Assembly (NCBI GenBank): GCA_002269645.1
Contig: NIVC01001007.1
Location: forward strand, 62,001-126,000
Direction of reading: 5' to 3'
DNA: 64,000 nt
DNA from: Macrostomum lignano
Lineage: Eukaryota
Shown: positions 38,343 to 51,500 of the stretch, one piece after another
How positions within the stretch are numbered: the stretch's first letter is position 1
Layout of the letters: each line of letters begins with the position of its first letter
Position numbers and translations under genes: made by a program
The notes under the pieces: model-generated
Seen by the model: the letters and a program-made list of their open reading frames with translations, nothing else
Databases searched by the model: none
Told to the model about the DNA's origin: nothing

Positions 38343-38964
38343 CATGTCGATTTTTTCTCGCATCATTGCGCGCGACGCTCAGTCGCTGCTACTGCTGATT
38401 GTAAATTTCTAAATCGATTCTAAAACAGTTGGGTGTAGCGCCGCTGGTCATGCCAAATTTTGTCTTTTTGGCTCGCGGAGTTTCCGTTGGATACTGGGCT
38501 AAACTTGGCTTGCATTGTAAAAATAGTTTCTTTTCGTATAAGGATTGTAAATGCTTTTTCGGCTTGCCGCATGTCCCGGCGTCGCTGAATGGGAAAATTG
38601 GGTAAGCAAACAATTTGCAACGAGTGGTATTATAGCGAGAGAAACCTGTCCCCGCGGTCCAAGTGTCTGTTTCTTCTTCTAGAAGTCGGCAAGAAAGAAT
38701 AAGCCGCCGCCGGGTCATTGAGTTTCCCTCTTTGGCGGCAGAAACCAGTTGCTAACTAAACTACGAGTATAAAATCGGTTTCCTTTGACTGCTGTTGCAA
38801 TATATTATTGCTCCGAGTTTTTTCTGATCCTCCTGACTTTTCTTTGTTGTCTTTTTTCTGCTTCCATCGGGCACCGCCTCTGGTACAGTTGTAATAGTAG
38901 ATATATGTCATAAGCTAGTCTCAGAGAGACTGCCTTTGCAGCCTTGCCTTGATAAGATGCTTTG

Positions 38965-39428
38965 GCCCGTTGTTCCTCTTCTATTGCCCGCTGTTCCTCT
39001 TCTATGGCCCGCTGTTCCTCTTCCATGGACCGCTGTTCCTCTTCTATGGACCGCTGTTCCTCTTCTTCTTCTATGGACCGCTGTTCCTCTTCTATGTCCC
39101 GCTGTTCCTCTTCTATGGTGCCGCTGTTCCTCTTCTATGTCCTCCGCTGTTCGTCTTCTATGGCCTCCGCTGTTCCTCTTCTATGGCCTCCGCTGTTCTT
39201 CTATGGCCTCCGCTGTTCCTCTTCTATGGCCTCCGCTGTTCTTCTATGGCCTCCGCTGTTCCTCTTCTATGGCCTCCGCTGTTCCTCTTCTATGGCCTCC
39301 GCTGTTCTTCTATGGCCTCCGCTGTTCCTCTTCTATGGCCTCCGCTGTTCTTCTATGGCCTCCGCTGTTCCTCTTCTATGGCCTCCGCTGTTCCTCTTCT
39401 ATGGCCTCCGCTGTTCCTCTTCTATGGC
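38965..39428. repeat. 21-23-bp minisatellite (ggcctccgctgttcctcttctat)
   Basis: Read directly. Confidence 0.92.
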
Positions 39429-40093
39429 CCCATTTTGTAATACCGGATCTGTAAAATACAAGCGTAAAAGCAAAGCTCCGTAGTCGCTATCACAATCTCA
39501 TACTCATGCGTAAAATTATGGCACCAATATTCTTTCCGAGTTAATTAAAATATCCTTCCAAACGGGCGAGTCCATCTGTTGCTATACAGCTAAAGGTCAT
39601 AAATATTATCTCAACCCCGATGCTGCACCGTGTATAGATCCAGTGGCACAGTTTTCGAAATTTCCCTGCGGAGGCTCGCCCGCTTCACTGCATGGCTCGC
39701 CATGCTGCCGGATGATATATACTCGTAAATGGCATTCGTAGGATGAAGTGTAAGGCCTTATTTGAGTTTGGGAAGATAATACACACTCGCCAGTGTGGAT
39801 GGCGGGATTGGGGAAGATCGAGTCGAGAGGTCTGCTCTTCTTGAGCAAAGTCTGATTTACGATCTTGTTCCGTATAGCTTGACTCCATGAGCTCTTGAAA
39901 GCTGAAAGCAGGCCGTATAAATGTCAGTGCTTGGGGGCTTCTATATACGCGAGCTGACGCGTAATAATTAAGCTTGGTTTTACACTTCACTTGCGATTTA
40001 CAGTTATTATACTTGGCCTTTATATAACTCACTAAAAAGCGGGTTTTAAACTTTTCACTTTGAAGTTGAAGACGAGCTCATTTAACTGGATAA

Positions 40094-41312
40094 CTGCTCC
40101 CACTGAAGCATCGGGTGTGAGATTAGCAGCTCCCACTGAAGCATCGGGTGTGAGATTAGCAGCTCCCACTGAAGCATCGGGTGTGGGATCAGCAGCTCCC
40201 ACTGAAGCATCGGGTGTGAGATTAGCAGCTCCCACTGAAGCATCGGGTGTGGGATCAGCAGCTCCCACTGAAGCATCGGGTGTGGGATTAGCAGTTCCCA
40301 CTGAAGCATCGGGTGTGAGATTAGCAGCTCCCACTGAAGCATCGGGTGTGGGATTAGCAGTTCCCACTGAAGCATCGGGTGTGGGATCAGCAGCTCCCAC
40401 TGAAGCATCGGGTGTGAGATTAGCAGCTCCCACTGAAGCATCGGGTGTGGGATCAGCAGCTCCCACTGAAGCATCGCGTGTGGGATCAGCAGCTCCCACT
40501 GAAGCATCGGGTGTGGGATCAGCAGCTCCCACTAAAGCATCGGGTGTGGGATTAGCAGCTCCCACTGAAGCATCGGGTGTGGGATCAGCAGTTCCCACTG
40601 AGGCATCGGGTGTGGGATCAGCAGCTCCCACGGAAGCATCGGGTGTGGGATCAGCAGCTCCCACGGAAGCATCGGGTGTGGGATCAGCAGCTCCCACGGA
40701 AGCATCGGGTGTGGGATCAGCAGCTCCCACTGAAGCATCGGGTGTGGGATTAGCAGTTCCCACTGAGGCATCGGGTGTGGGATCAGCAGCTCCCACTGAA
40801 GCATCGGGTGTGAGATTAGCAGCTCCCACTGAAGCATCGGGTGTGGGATCAGCAGCTCCCACTGAAGCATCGCGTGTGGGATCAGCAGCTCCCACTGAAG
40901 CATCGGGTGTGGGATCAGCAGCTCCCACTAAAGCATCGGGTGTGGGATTAGCAGCTCCCACTGAAGCATCGGGTGTGGGATCAGCAGTTCCCACTGAGGC
41001 ATCGGGTGTGGGATCAGCAGCTCCCACGGAAGCATCGGGTGTGGGATCAGCAGCTCCCACTGAAGCATCGGGTGTGGGATTAGCAGTTCCCACGGAGGCA
41101 TCGGGTGTGGGATCAGCAGCTCCCACGGAAGCATCGGGTGTGGGATCAGCAGCTCCCACGGAAGCATCGGGTGTGGGATCAGCAGCTCCCACTGAAGCAT
41201 CGGGTGTGGGATTAGCAGTTCCCACTGAGGCATCGGGTGTGGGATCAGCAGCTCCCACGGAAGCATCGGGTGTGGGATCAGCAGCTCCCACTGAAGCATC
41301 GGGTGTGGGATT
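40094..41312. repeat. 30-bp minisatellite (ctcccactgaagcatcgggtgtgggatcagcag-type); partial copy at 43228-43515
   Basis: Read directly; explains the 442-aa ORFs on both strands. Confidence 0.95.
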
Positions 41313-41845
41313 AGAGATCTTGTTAATAATTCTGCCCATTTCGCTGACTGCTACAATCACATACAGGGGTATCTGCCCCCCCCCTTAGCGGGTAATAAAT
41401 TGACAATAATATCATTCAGTGCCCAGGCAAGCGCAGTCAGAAGACAGCTGAACTGTAAAAGTGCAGCTGGGCACCTGCAGTCAATTGTGTTTTAAATGTC
41501 TCTCCAACTCAATAAAATTCTATAAGAATTGATTTGGGAAGCTCAAACTTATGGGAGCGCCATCTGCGATGGTCACCCACCCCTGCTTCGAGGGCTTCTA
41601 CTCTGATTTATTAATGACCCTCTGCCTATATCAGAGAGCTAATTTATACATGCTAGAATAGGCACGGATATCCGCGGTAATATAAAAACATAAATTATTA
41701 GAAACGAAGTTTATACGACTGTTACTTTTATTTTATAGATGGCTGTTGATAGCCGGTTGTGCTTACTGGTGCGAGTGAGCTGAATTGAGTTGAGAAGAGA
41801 AACAGGAACTTCGTGATCTCAGGAGAGTCTGTGTGGAATTCTGCT

Positions 41846-41975
41846 GGCGCCCCTGGTGCAGGCGCCCCTGGTGCTAAAGCCCCTGGTGCAGGCGCCCCTG
41901 GTGCTAAAGCCCCTGGTGCTAAAGCCCCTGGTGCAGGCGCCCCTGGTGCAGGCGCCCCTGGTGCTAAAGCCCCTG
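41846..41975. repeat. 15-bp repeat (gcccctggtgcaggc/gcccctggtgctaaa); duplicate at about 44050-44179
   Basis: Read directly. Confidence 0.9.
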
Positions 41976-42587
41976 TGCTGGCAACCCACAAGACGTCCCC
42001 ATGCTGCCATAAGACGATCAATATGGTTAATAGGTCTGGATATGATTTTATCATCTGGGATTTTGTACACAAAACATAAATATGAAGACATTAATCTTGC
42101 ACCTGTTTTCTTCAATTATTAACATTTTGCGACTATAAGCGTATTTGATTAGCTCTTCGAGTAGCTATGTGATAATTGCTTTTCGGTTGGATTGAGCTAG
42201 CCCTTTGACCCTGTCTGTTTGGGAGTCATTTTACCCTGCCTTTTTGTGTGCTATTCTATCCTGTTCAAAGGGGTCATTTCATTAGCTTTGGTATTTATGA
42301 GGATTATTTCTCCAGAAAAGCCCCAGCAACCAGCACGCCCAAACACACCGCTCCCCCTCCACTCCCCATCCCATCCCGCGGACTCGCCAGCCAACCAGCG
42401 GTCGCGGTCGATGGCGGGGAACAGAGAGAGAGGGCGGCCAACTCGCCCGCCCTGCCTCATGCCAGGTGAATCCGCGAGAAGGGTGAAAGAAGCCGAAAAA
42501 TAGGATTAATAACTGTGTGTATGAAAATTGGATGCCAGCTTGATACCGGCAAAAAAACAGAAATTGAAAGACAAGACAGGATCCGAA

Positions 42588-43056
42588 ATGAATTACTGTT
42601 TCGCATTCAGTCAGAATGCTCACCAGCAGCATAACTCAACAGTGTCAATGAGCAGTTATCAACATCAGCAGCAGCAGCATCAAAACTTATTGGATTCGAC
42701 AGTTTTCATTCAGCATCACCAGAATCCTCTCCATCAACATACTCAGCAGCAGCAGCAGCAGCATCAGTTCTACAAGCACCAGCCGCAGCAGCAGCAGCAA
42801 CAACAGCAGTCTGCAGTTGAGACTTCGATGCATCCTGCAGCTAGTGGACTTTGGATGCCAGCAGCCGCAGCAGCCGCCGCCGCAGCCGCAGCCGCCGCAG
42901 CCGCTGTCTCAGGGGAGCAGCCAGTGCTGCACCATCACCCACATGAGTCAGACTCTGCCGCCGCAGCCGCCGAGTCAGCGCTGAGATCGCTCCGCGCTCA
43001 TGCCGCCACTCATGGAGCGGATGCGAAACAGCTGTGGCCTTGGATGACCGTTGTTG
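42588..43056 (+). CDS. Lox4: Hox gene exon 1, copy A (MSSY motif, Q/H/A runs, hexapeptide WPWM)
   Basis: ATG at 42588 (alternative MSSY start at 42648); ends QLWPWMTVV-G|GTGAG in phase 1, matching exon 2 at 52666. Confidence 0.82.
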
Positions 43057-44791
43057 GTGAGCGGGGCGCTTTCACAAACCGGAAGCTTTAACAGCTCACA
43101 ACACTCACAAACCAGAGCGCATCTCAAGACAACGGATGTTAAGTTTAAAAGCTTCTGTCAAGAATGAATCAGAAACTTTAAATGTTCAAAAACTAACCAG
43201 AAGCTTCACTTCTGGTTCACTTCACTTCACGGAAGCATCGGGTGTGGGATCAGCAGCTCCCACTGAAGCATCGGGTGTGGGATTAGCAGTTCCCACGGAG
43301 GCATCGGGTGTGGGATCAGCAGCTCCCACGGAAGCATCGGGTGTGGGATCAGCAGCTCCCACGGAAGCATCGGGTGTGGGATCAGCAGCTCCCACTGAAG
43401 CATCGGGTGTGGGATTAGCAGTTCCCACTGAGGCATCGGGTGTGGGATCAGCAGCTCCCACGGAAGCATCGGGTGTGGGATCAGCAGCTCCCACTGAAGC
43501 ATCGGGTGTGGGATTAGAGATCTTGTTAATAATTCTGCCCATTTCGCTGACTGCTACAATCACATACAGGGGTATCTGCCCCCCCCCTTAGCGGGTAATA
43601 AATTGACAATAATATCATTCAGTGCCCAGGCAAGCGCAGTCAGAAGACAGCTGAACTGTAAAAGTGCAGCTGGGCACCTGCAGTCAATTGTGTTTTAAAT
43701 GTCTCTCCAACTCAATAAAATTCTATAAGAATTGATTTGGGAAGCTCAAACTTATGGGAGCGCCATCTGCGATGGTCACCCACCCCCTGCTTCGAGGGCT
43801 TCTACTCTGATTTATTAATGACCCTCTGCCTATATCAGAGAGCTAATTTATACATGCTAGAATAGGCACGGATATCCGCGGTAATATAAAAACATAAATT
43901 ATTAGAAACGAAGTTTATACGACTGTTACTTTTATTTTATAGATGGCTGTTGATAGCCGGTTGTGCTTACTGGTGCGAGTGAGCTGAATTGAGTTGAGAA
44001 GAGAAACAGGAACTTCGTGATCTCAGGAGAGTCTGTGTGGAATTCTGCTGGCGCCCCTGGTGCAGGCGCCCCTGGTGCTAAAGCCCCTGGTGCAGGCGCC
44101 CCTGGTGCTAAAGCCCCTGGTGCTAAAGCCCCTGGTGCAGGCGCCCCTGGTGCAGGCGCCCCTGGTGCTAAAGCCCCTGTGCTGGCAACCCACAAGACGT
44201 CCCCATGCTGCCATAAGACGATCAATATGGTTAATAGGTCTGGATATGATTTTATCATCTGGGATTTTGTACACAAAACATAAATATGAAGACATTAATC
44301 TTGCACCTGTTTTCTTCAATTATTAACATTTTGCGACTATAAGCGTATTTGATTAGCTCTTCGAGTAGCTATGTGATAATTGCTTTTCGGTTGGATTGAG
44401 CTAGCCCTTTGACCCTGTCTGTTTGGGAGTCATTTTACCCTGCCTTTTTGTGTGCTATTCTATCCTGTTCAAAGGGGTCATTTCATTAGCTTTGGTATTT
44501 ATGAGGATTATTTCTCCAGAAAAGCCCCAGCAACCAGCACGCCCAAACACACCGCTCCCCCTCCACTCCCCATCCCATCCCGCGGACTCGCCAGCCAACC
44601 AGCGGTCGCGGTCGATGGCGGGGAACAGAGAGAGAGGGCGGCCAACTCGCCCGCCCTGCCTCATGCCAGGTGAATCCGCGAGAAGGGTGAAAGAAGCCGA
44701 AAAATAGGATTAATAACTGTGTGTATGAAAATTGGATGCCAGCTTGATACCGGCAAAAAAACAGAAATTGAAAGACAAGACAGGATCCGAA

Positions 44792-45260
44792 ATGAATTAC
44801 TGTTTCGCATTCAGTCAGAATGCTCACCAGCAGCATAACTCAACAGTGTCAATGAGCAGTTATCAACATCAGCAGCAGCAGCATCAAAACTTATTGGATT
44901 CGACAGTTTTCATTCAGCATCACCAGAATCCTCTCCATCAACATACTCAGCAGCAGCAGCAGCAGCATCAGTTCTACAAGCACCAGCCGCAGCAGCAGCA
45001 GCAACAACAGCAGTCTGCAGTTGAGACTTCGATGCATCCTGCAGCTAGTGGACTTTGGATGCCAGCAGCCGCAGCAGCCGCCGCCGCAGCCGCAGCCGCC
45101 GCAGCCGCTGTCTCAGGGGAGCAGCCAGTGCTGCACCATCACCCACATGAGTCAGACTCTGCCGCCGCAGCCGCCGAGTCAGCGCTGAGATCGCTCCGCG
45201 CTCATGCCGCCACTCATGGAGCGGATGCGAAACAGCTGTGGCCTTGGATGACCGTTGTTG
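44792..45260 (+). CDS. Lox4: Hox gene exon 1, copy B (identical to copy A)
   Basis: As copy A at +2204; donor GTGAG at 45261. Confidence 0.85.
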
Positions 45261-45394
45261 GTGAGCGGGGCGCTTTCACAAACCGGAAGCTTTAACAGCT
45301 CACAACACTCACAAACCAGAGCGCATCTCAAGACAACGGATGTTAAGTTTAAAAGCTTCTGTCAAGAATGAATCAGAAACTTTAAATGTTCAAA

Positions 45395-46925
45395 AACTAA
45401 CCAGAAGCTTCACAAGCTAACCAGAAACTTCACAAACTAACCAGAAACTTCACAAACTAATCAGAAACTTCACAAACTAACCAGAAACTTCACAAACTAA
45501 CCAGAAACTTCACAAACTAATCAGAAACTTCACAAACTAACCAGAAACTTCACAAACTAATCAGAAACTTCACAAACTAACCAGAAGCTTCACAAACAAA
45601 CAAGAAGCTTCACAAACTAACCAGAAACTTCACAAGCTAACCAGAAACTTCACAAGCTAACCAGAAACTTCACAAGCTAACCAGAAACTTCACAAACTAA
45701 TCAGAAACTTCATAAACTAATCAGAAACTTCACAAACTAATCAGAAACTTCACAAACTAATCAGAAACTTCACAAGCTAATCAGAAACTTCACAAGCTAA
45801 CCAGAAACTTCACAAGCTAATCAGAAACTTCACAAGCTAACCAGAAACTTCACAAACAAACAAGAAGCTTCACAAGCTAACCAGAAACTTCACAAACTAA
45901 TTAGAAACTTCACAAGCTAACCAGAAACTTCACAAACTAACCAGAAACTTCACAAACTAATCAGAAACTTCACAAACTAACCAGAAGCTTCACAAACAAA
46001 CAAAAAGCTTCACAAACTAACCAGAAACTTCACAAGCTAACCAGAAACTTCACAAACTAATCAGAAACTTCACAAACTAACCAGAAGCTTCAAAAACTAA
46101 TCAAAAACTTCACAAGCTAATCACAAACTTCACAAACTAATCACAAACTTCACAAACTAATCACAAACTTCACAAACGAATCAGAAACTTCACAAACTAA
46201 ACGGAAACTTCACAAACTAATCAGAAACTTCACAAACTAATCAGAAACTTCACAAACTAACCAGAAGCTTCACAAACTAACCAGAAACTTCACAAACTAA
46301 CCAGAAACTTCACAAACTAATCAGAAACTTCACAAACTAACCAGAAACTTCACAAACTAATTAGAAACTTCACAAACTAACCAGAAACTTCACAAACTAA
46401 TCAGAAACTTCACAAACTAACCAGAAACTTCACAAACTAACCAGAAACTTCACAAACTAATCAGAAACTTCACAAACTAACCAGAAACTTCACAAACTAA
46501 CCAGAAACTTCACAAACTAACCAGAAACTTCATAAACTAATCAGAAACTTCACAAACTAACCAGAAACTTCACAAACTAATTAGAAACTTCACAAACTAA
46601 TTAGAAACTTCACAAACTAACCAGAAACTTCACAAACTAATCAGAAACTTCACAAACTAATCAGAAACTTCACAAACTAACCAGAAGCTTCACAAACTAA
46701 CCAGAAACTTCACAAACTAACCAGAAACTTCACAAACTAACCAGAAACTTCACAAACTAACCAGAAACTTCATAGATTTCAAAAACTTACCCAAACTTCA
46801 CAAAAAAGAATCAGAAATATCACAACCTAACCAGATACTTCACAATTTTCACAAACTAACCAGAAGCTTCACAAACTAATCACAGACTTCACAAACTAGT
46901 ATAAAAAATTCACAAACTAACGAAA
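45395..46925. repeat. 20-bp minisatellite (aaactaaccagaaacttcac)n in the Hox intron
   Basis: Read directly. Confidence 0.95.
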
Positions 46926-47559
46926 ATTTTCACATGCTTTCCTCTCCGAATCTTCAGTGGATTTAATTTCGCATTAATTTGTTTATTTCAAGTCGTAAAA
47001 TAAACTTATGAGCTATAATTCGTATTAAATATTGCAGCGTTAAGCAAATAAAAATTCATTTCCAAACCAAATCCCTTTTCTATACAGAAATCCTAGATTT
47101 ATAGTCTTATGCTTGGGTTAATATAGATATTTGTTAAAATCGAACCAAACCAAAAATAGTCCCCATTTAGATCATCCAGGATCTAAATCTTTGATTAACG
47201 GCTTCAGAAATATACAATATGAAGACATGGCTCTTCTTTTCCTATAAATACAGCTGTTTGTTTAAGTTCTGCTCTACCCAGAGTATGCAGTGATCGAAAA
47301 AATTCTATACATAAATCTATTAATGTGTAGAAAAATAAAACGACTGCTGTGCGAGTCATGTGTGTGAAAGGCTGGCCTCGCGCACGGTAAAAATGGGGGT
47401 TACTATAATAAAGTTTTGTTCATACGGCTAATGTCATTAGTTGAGGAATTAAATCATGCAAATTTAATTCTGTGATCGTAAAATTGAATTGCGTTTATAT
47501 CAAATTGAAATTTCAACTGAAATTGTAAATATCGTTCGGACTTTCCGACCCTGAGTAAA

Positions 47560-48345
47560 ATAATTTTGTAGTTTCCGCCTACAATGTATTTGGAATTTCC
47601 GCCTTTGAAGTTTCCGCCTACAATCACTTTGAAGTTTCCGCCTACAATCTCTTTGAAGTTACCGCCTACAATCTCTATGAAGTTTCCGCCTACAATCTCT
47701 TTGAAGTTTCCGCCTACAATCTCTTTGAAGTTTCCGCCTACAATCTCTTTGAAGTTTCCGCCTACAATCTCTTTGAAGTTACCGCCTACAATCTCTATGA
47801 AGTTTCCGCCTACAATCACTTTGAAGTTTCCGCCTACAATCACTTTGAAGTTTCCGCCTACAATCTCTTTGAAGTTTCCGCCTACAATCACTTTGAAGTT
47901 TCCGTCTACAATCTCTCTGAAGTTTCCGTCTACAATCTCTCTGAAGTTTCCGTCTACAATCGCTCTGAAGTTTCCGGCTACAATCTCTCTGAAGTTTCCG
48001 CCTGCAATCTCTCTGAAGTTTCCGCCTGCAATCTCTCTGAAGTTTCCGCCAGCAATCTCTTAGTAATGTTGACTACAATGTCTCTGAAGTTTCCGCCTAC
48101 AATGTATTTGTAGTTTCCGCCTACAATCTCTTTGAAGTTTCCGCCTACAATGTACTTGAAGTTTCCGCTTACTATCTCTTTGAAGTTTCCGCCTACAATG
48201 TACTTGAAGTTTCCACCTACAATGAACTTGAAGTTTCCGCCAGCAATCTCTTAGTAATGTTGACTACAATGTCTCTGAAGTTTCCGCCTACAATGTCAGA
48301 AGTTTCCGCCTAAATCTTTTTGCAGTTTTCGCTTACAATTTCTTG
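47560..48345. repeat. 24-bp minisatellite (gaagtttccgcctacaatctcttt)n
   Basis: Read directly. Confidence 0.95.
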
Positions 48346-49024
48346 AATTTTAGGAATCAACTGTTTTTGAGATTCTCTCAGAGCACATCTAATTAAACCT
48401 TCTCATACACAGGAGAAATACGAACAGAAGCAGTCCACCAGTTTGCTAAATACATCCTTAAAAGGTGTACCTAAAATTCCCCAAATCGCATCGCTCGCAT
48501 GCAGTTCGCAGTTCCAAGACATTTTTCGCGCTTCGAATCCCAAAAATCGTCTACTTTCTGCACACAGGTTGTAAAGCAATAAAAAGCGCTCAGACGCACT
48601 CCCTCTTCGTTAATACGAGCCTACACACCCTCTCTCCTCTTGCAACCACCTGCAAGTCTGGAGGCCAAGGCTCTCGGTCAGACACTTTTTTGCCTTGGTT
48701 GTTTTTTTGCTAGCGGCAACTATGATACCCCTCTCTCTGAAAGGGTGTAATACGACTTCCTCTCTGCCGCCGACCCGACCACACTTGCAACTTCAAACGA
48801 AAATAAGAAGTGTCTATACAAGCTATATGGATACAAGCGTACATAGGCTTATATATAATTGACGCATATTTTTTCAAAACAATTTTTTTAGAAATTCACC
48901 GCACTATTCCTTTCTTGCGCGTAAGAAAAATACGCTCAGGCATAAAAAACTTTATCCCATGCACGCATGCGCCATTGTTCCCCAGGCGCTTATGTGGTTG
49001 TTATAACGTTGGTTAAACGTTTGT

Positions 49025-50150
49025 TGTGGCGCGCCGTTTTTTGTAGGGTGCCGTGTGTATATATATGGGCGCCGTTTTTTGTGGGGTGCCGTGTGTTTTT
49101 GGGCGCCGTTTTTTGTAGGGTGCCGTGTGTTTATGGGCGCCGTTTTTTGTGGGGTGCCGTGTGTTTATGGGCGCCGTTTTTGTGGGGTGCCATGTGTTTA
49201 TGGGCGCCGTTTTTTGTGGGGTGCCGTGTGTTTTGGGGTGCCGTTTTTTGTAGGGTGCCGTGTGTTTATGGGCGCCGTTTTTTGTGGGGTGCCGTGTGTT
49301 TTGGGGCGCCGTTTTTTGTGGGGTGCCGTGTGTTTTGGGGCGCCGTTTTTTGTGGGGTGCCGTGTGTTTATGGGCGCCGTTTTTTGTGGGGTGCCGTGTG
49401 TTTTGGGGCGCCGTTTTTTGTGGGGTGCCGTGTGTTTTGGGGCGCCGTTTTTTGCGGGGTGCCGTGTGTTTATGGGCACCGTTTTTTGTGGGGTGCCGTG
49501 TGTTTTGGGGCGCCGTTTTTTGTGGGGTGCCGTGTGTTTATGGGCACCGTTTTTTGTGGGGTGCCGTGTGTTTTGGGGCGCCGTTTTTTGCGGGGTGCCG
49601 TGTGTTTATGGGCACCGTTTTTTGTGGGGTGCCGTGTGTTTATGGGCGCCGTTATTGTGGGGTGCCATGTGTTTATGGGCGCCGTTTTTTGTGGGGTGCC
49701 GTGTGTTTTGGGGTGCCGTTTTTTGTAGGGTGCCGTGTGTTTATGGGCGCCGTTTTTTGTGGGGTGCCGTGTGTTTTGGGGCGCCGTTTTTTGTGGGGTG
49801 CCGTGTGTTTTGGGGCGCCGTTTTTTGTGGGGTGCCGTGTGTTTTGGGGCACCGTTTTTTGTGGGGTGCCGTGTGTTTATGGGCACCGTTTTTTGTGGGG
49901 TGCCGTGTGTTTTGGGGCGCCGTTTTTTGTGGGGTGCCGTGTGTCTATGGGCGCCGTTTTTTGTGGGGTGCCGTGTGTTTATGGGCGCCGTTTTTTGTGG
50001 GGTGCCGTGTGTTTATGGGCGCCGTTTTTTGTGGGGTGCCGTGTGTCTATGGGCACCGTTTGTTGCGGGCCGCTGTTTGTTGTGGGGCGCCGTTTTTTGA
50101 GGGGCGCCATTTGTTGTGGGCGCCGTTTGTTGTGGGCGCCGTTTGTTTTA
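49025..50150. repeat. 34-bp G/T-rich minisatellite (gggcgccgttttttgtggggtgccgtgtgtttat)n
   Basis: Read directly. Confidence 0.95.
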
Positions 50151-50589
50151 TCGTGGGGGCACCCAATTCTTGAATGACTCTCCATACGATAAACCAGCTT
50201 ACCAAGCATAGCCATTCTCAACCCAACACTAGGTGCGCCGTATAAATCAATCTATGGCCATAAAAACCGTCACGCCTCGTAACTCTTGGGCCCCTCCCTA
50301 ATCTTCATTTCTTTTTTTGATTATCTGTGCGAAGCCCGCGCTAGGCCGAGTCGAGTGATAAAAAAGTTATTTTACTATTGAAAGAGGCCTGCATGGCTTC
50401 TTCGAATAGCCATGACTAAACCGCAGAAGAAAATGAAATAAAAAGCAAGGTTTAGGGGTAAAACCTCACCGTCGGCCAGGGACGTCTGGAAACTAACGAC
50501 TGGACTGGGATTTCGGAAACTGGACAAACCGGAGAGATTGGCCTGAAGCACCCCCTGAACCTTGAAGATGCCACCCCTGAAAAATTGAA

Positions 50590-51500
50590 CAACAGCCACT
50601 GCCATCCCTGAAGGATCGGTGGGGGACCCCTGAAGGATCGGTGGGGGACCCCTGAAGGATCGGTGGGGGACCCCTGAAGGATCGGTGGGGGACCCCTGAA
50701 GGATCGGTGGGGGACCCCTGAAGGATCGGTGGGAGACCACTTGAAGGATCGGTGGGGGTCCCCTGAAGGATCGGTGGGGGTCCCCTGAAGGATCGGTGGG
50801 GGTCCCCTGAAGGATCGGTGGGGATAGTCACTGCCACGCCTGAAGAATCGGTGGGGATAGTCACTGCCACCCCTGAAGGATCGGTGGGGATAGTCACTGC
50901 CACCCCTGAAGGATCGGTGGGGATAGTCACTGCCACGCCTGAAGAATCGGTGGGGATAGTCACTGCCACCCCTGAAGGATCGGTGGGGGTCCCCTGAAGG
51001 ATCGGTGGGGATAGTCACTGCCACGCCTGAAGGATCGGTGGGGATAGTCACTGCCACCCCTGAAGGATCGGTGGGGATAGTCACTGCCACCCCTGAAGGA
51101 TCGGTGGGGATAGTCACTGCCACCCCTGAAGGATCGGTGGGGATAGTCACTGCCACCCCTGAAGGATCGGTGGGGATAGTCACTGCCACCCCTGAAGGAT
51201 CGGTGGGGATAGTCACTGCCACCCCTGAAGGATCGGTGGGGATAGTCACTGCCACCCCTGAAGGATCGGTGGGGATAGTCACTGCCACCCCTGAAGGATC
51301 GGTGGGGATAGTCACTGCCACCCCTGAAGGATCGGTGGGGATAGTCACTGCCACCCCTGAAGGATCGGTGGGGATAGTCACTGCCACCCCTGAAGGATCG
51401 GTGGGGATAGTCACTGCCACCCCTGAAGGATCGGTGGGGATAGTCACTGTCACCCCTGAAGGATCGGTGGGGATAGTCACTGCCACCCCTGAAGGATCGG
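50590..51500. repeat. Compound 22-bp/33-bp minisatellite sharing ccctgaaggatcggtgggg
   Basis: Read directly. Confidence 0.95.

Larger units (their letters stand above)
41025..45413 (+). repeat. Near-perfect tandem duplication: 41025-43209 and 43228-45413, with an 18-nt filler
   Basis: All ORFs recur at a 2203/2204 offset with identical translations; the only difference I saw is one C in a homopolymer. Confidence 0.95.

Noticed and set aside
38805-39430. Coiled-coil-like IEEEQRA repeats on the - strand
   Set aside because: Mixed 20-23-bp units shift the frame; treated as a minisatellite.
42219-42632. ORFs upstream of Hox exon 1 (and their duplicates at 44423-44836)
   Set aside because: GC-rich promoter/UTR-like sequence without recognisable protein features.
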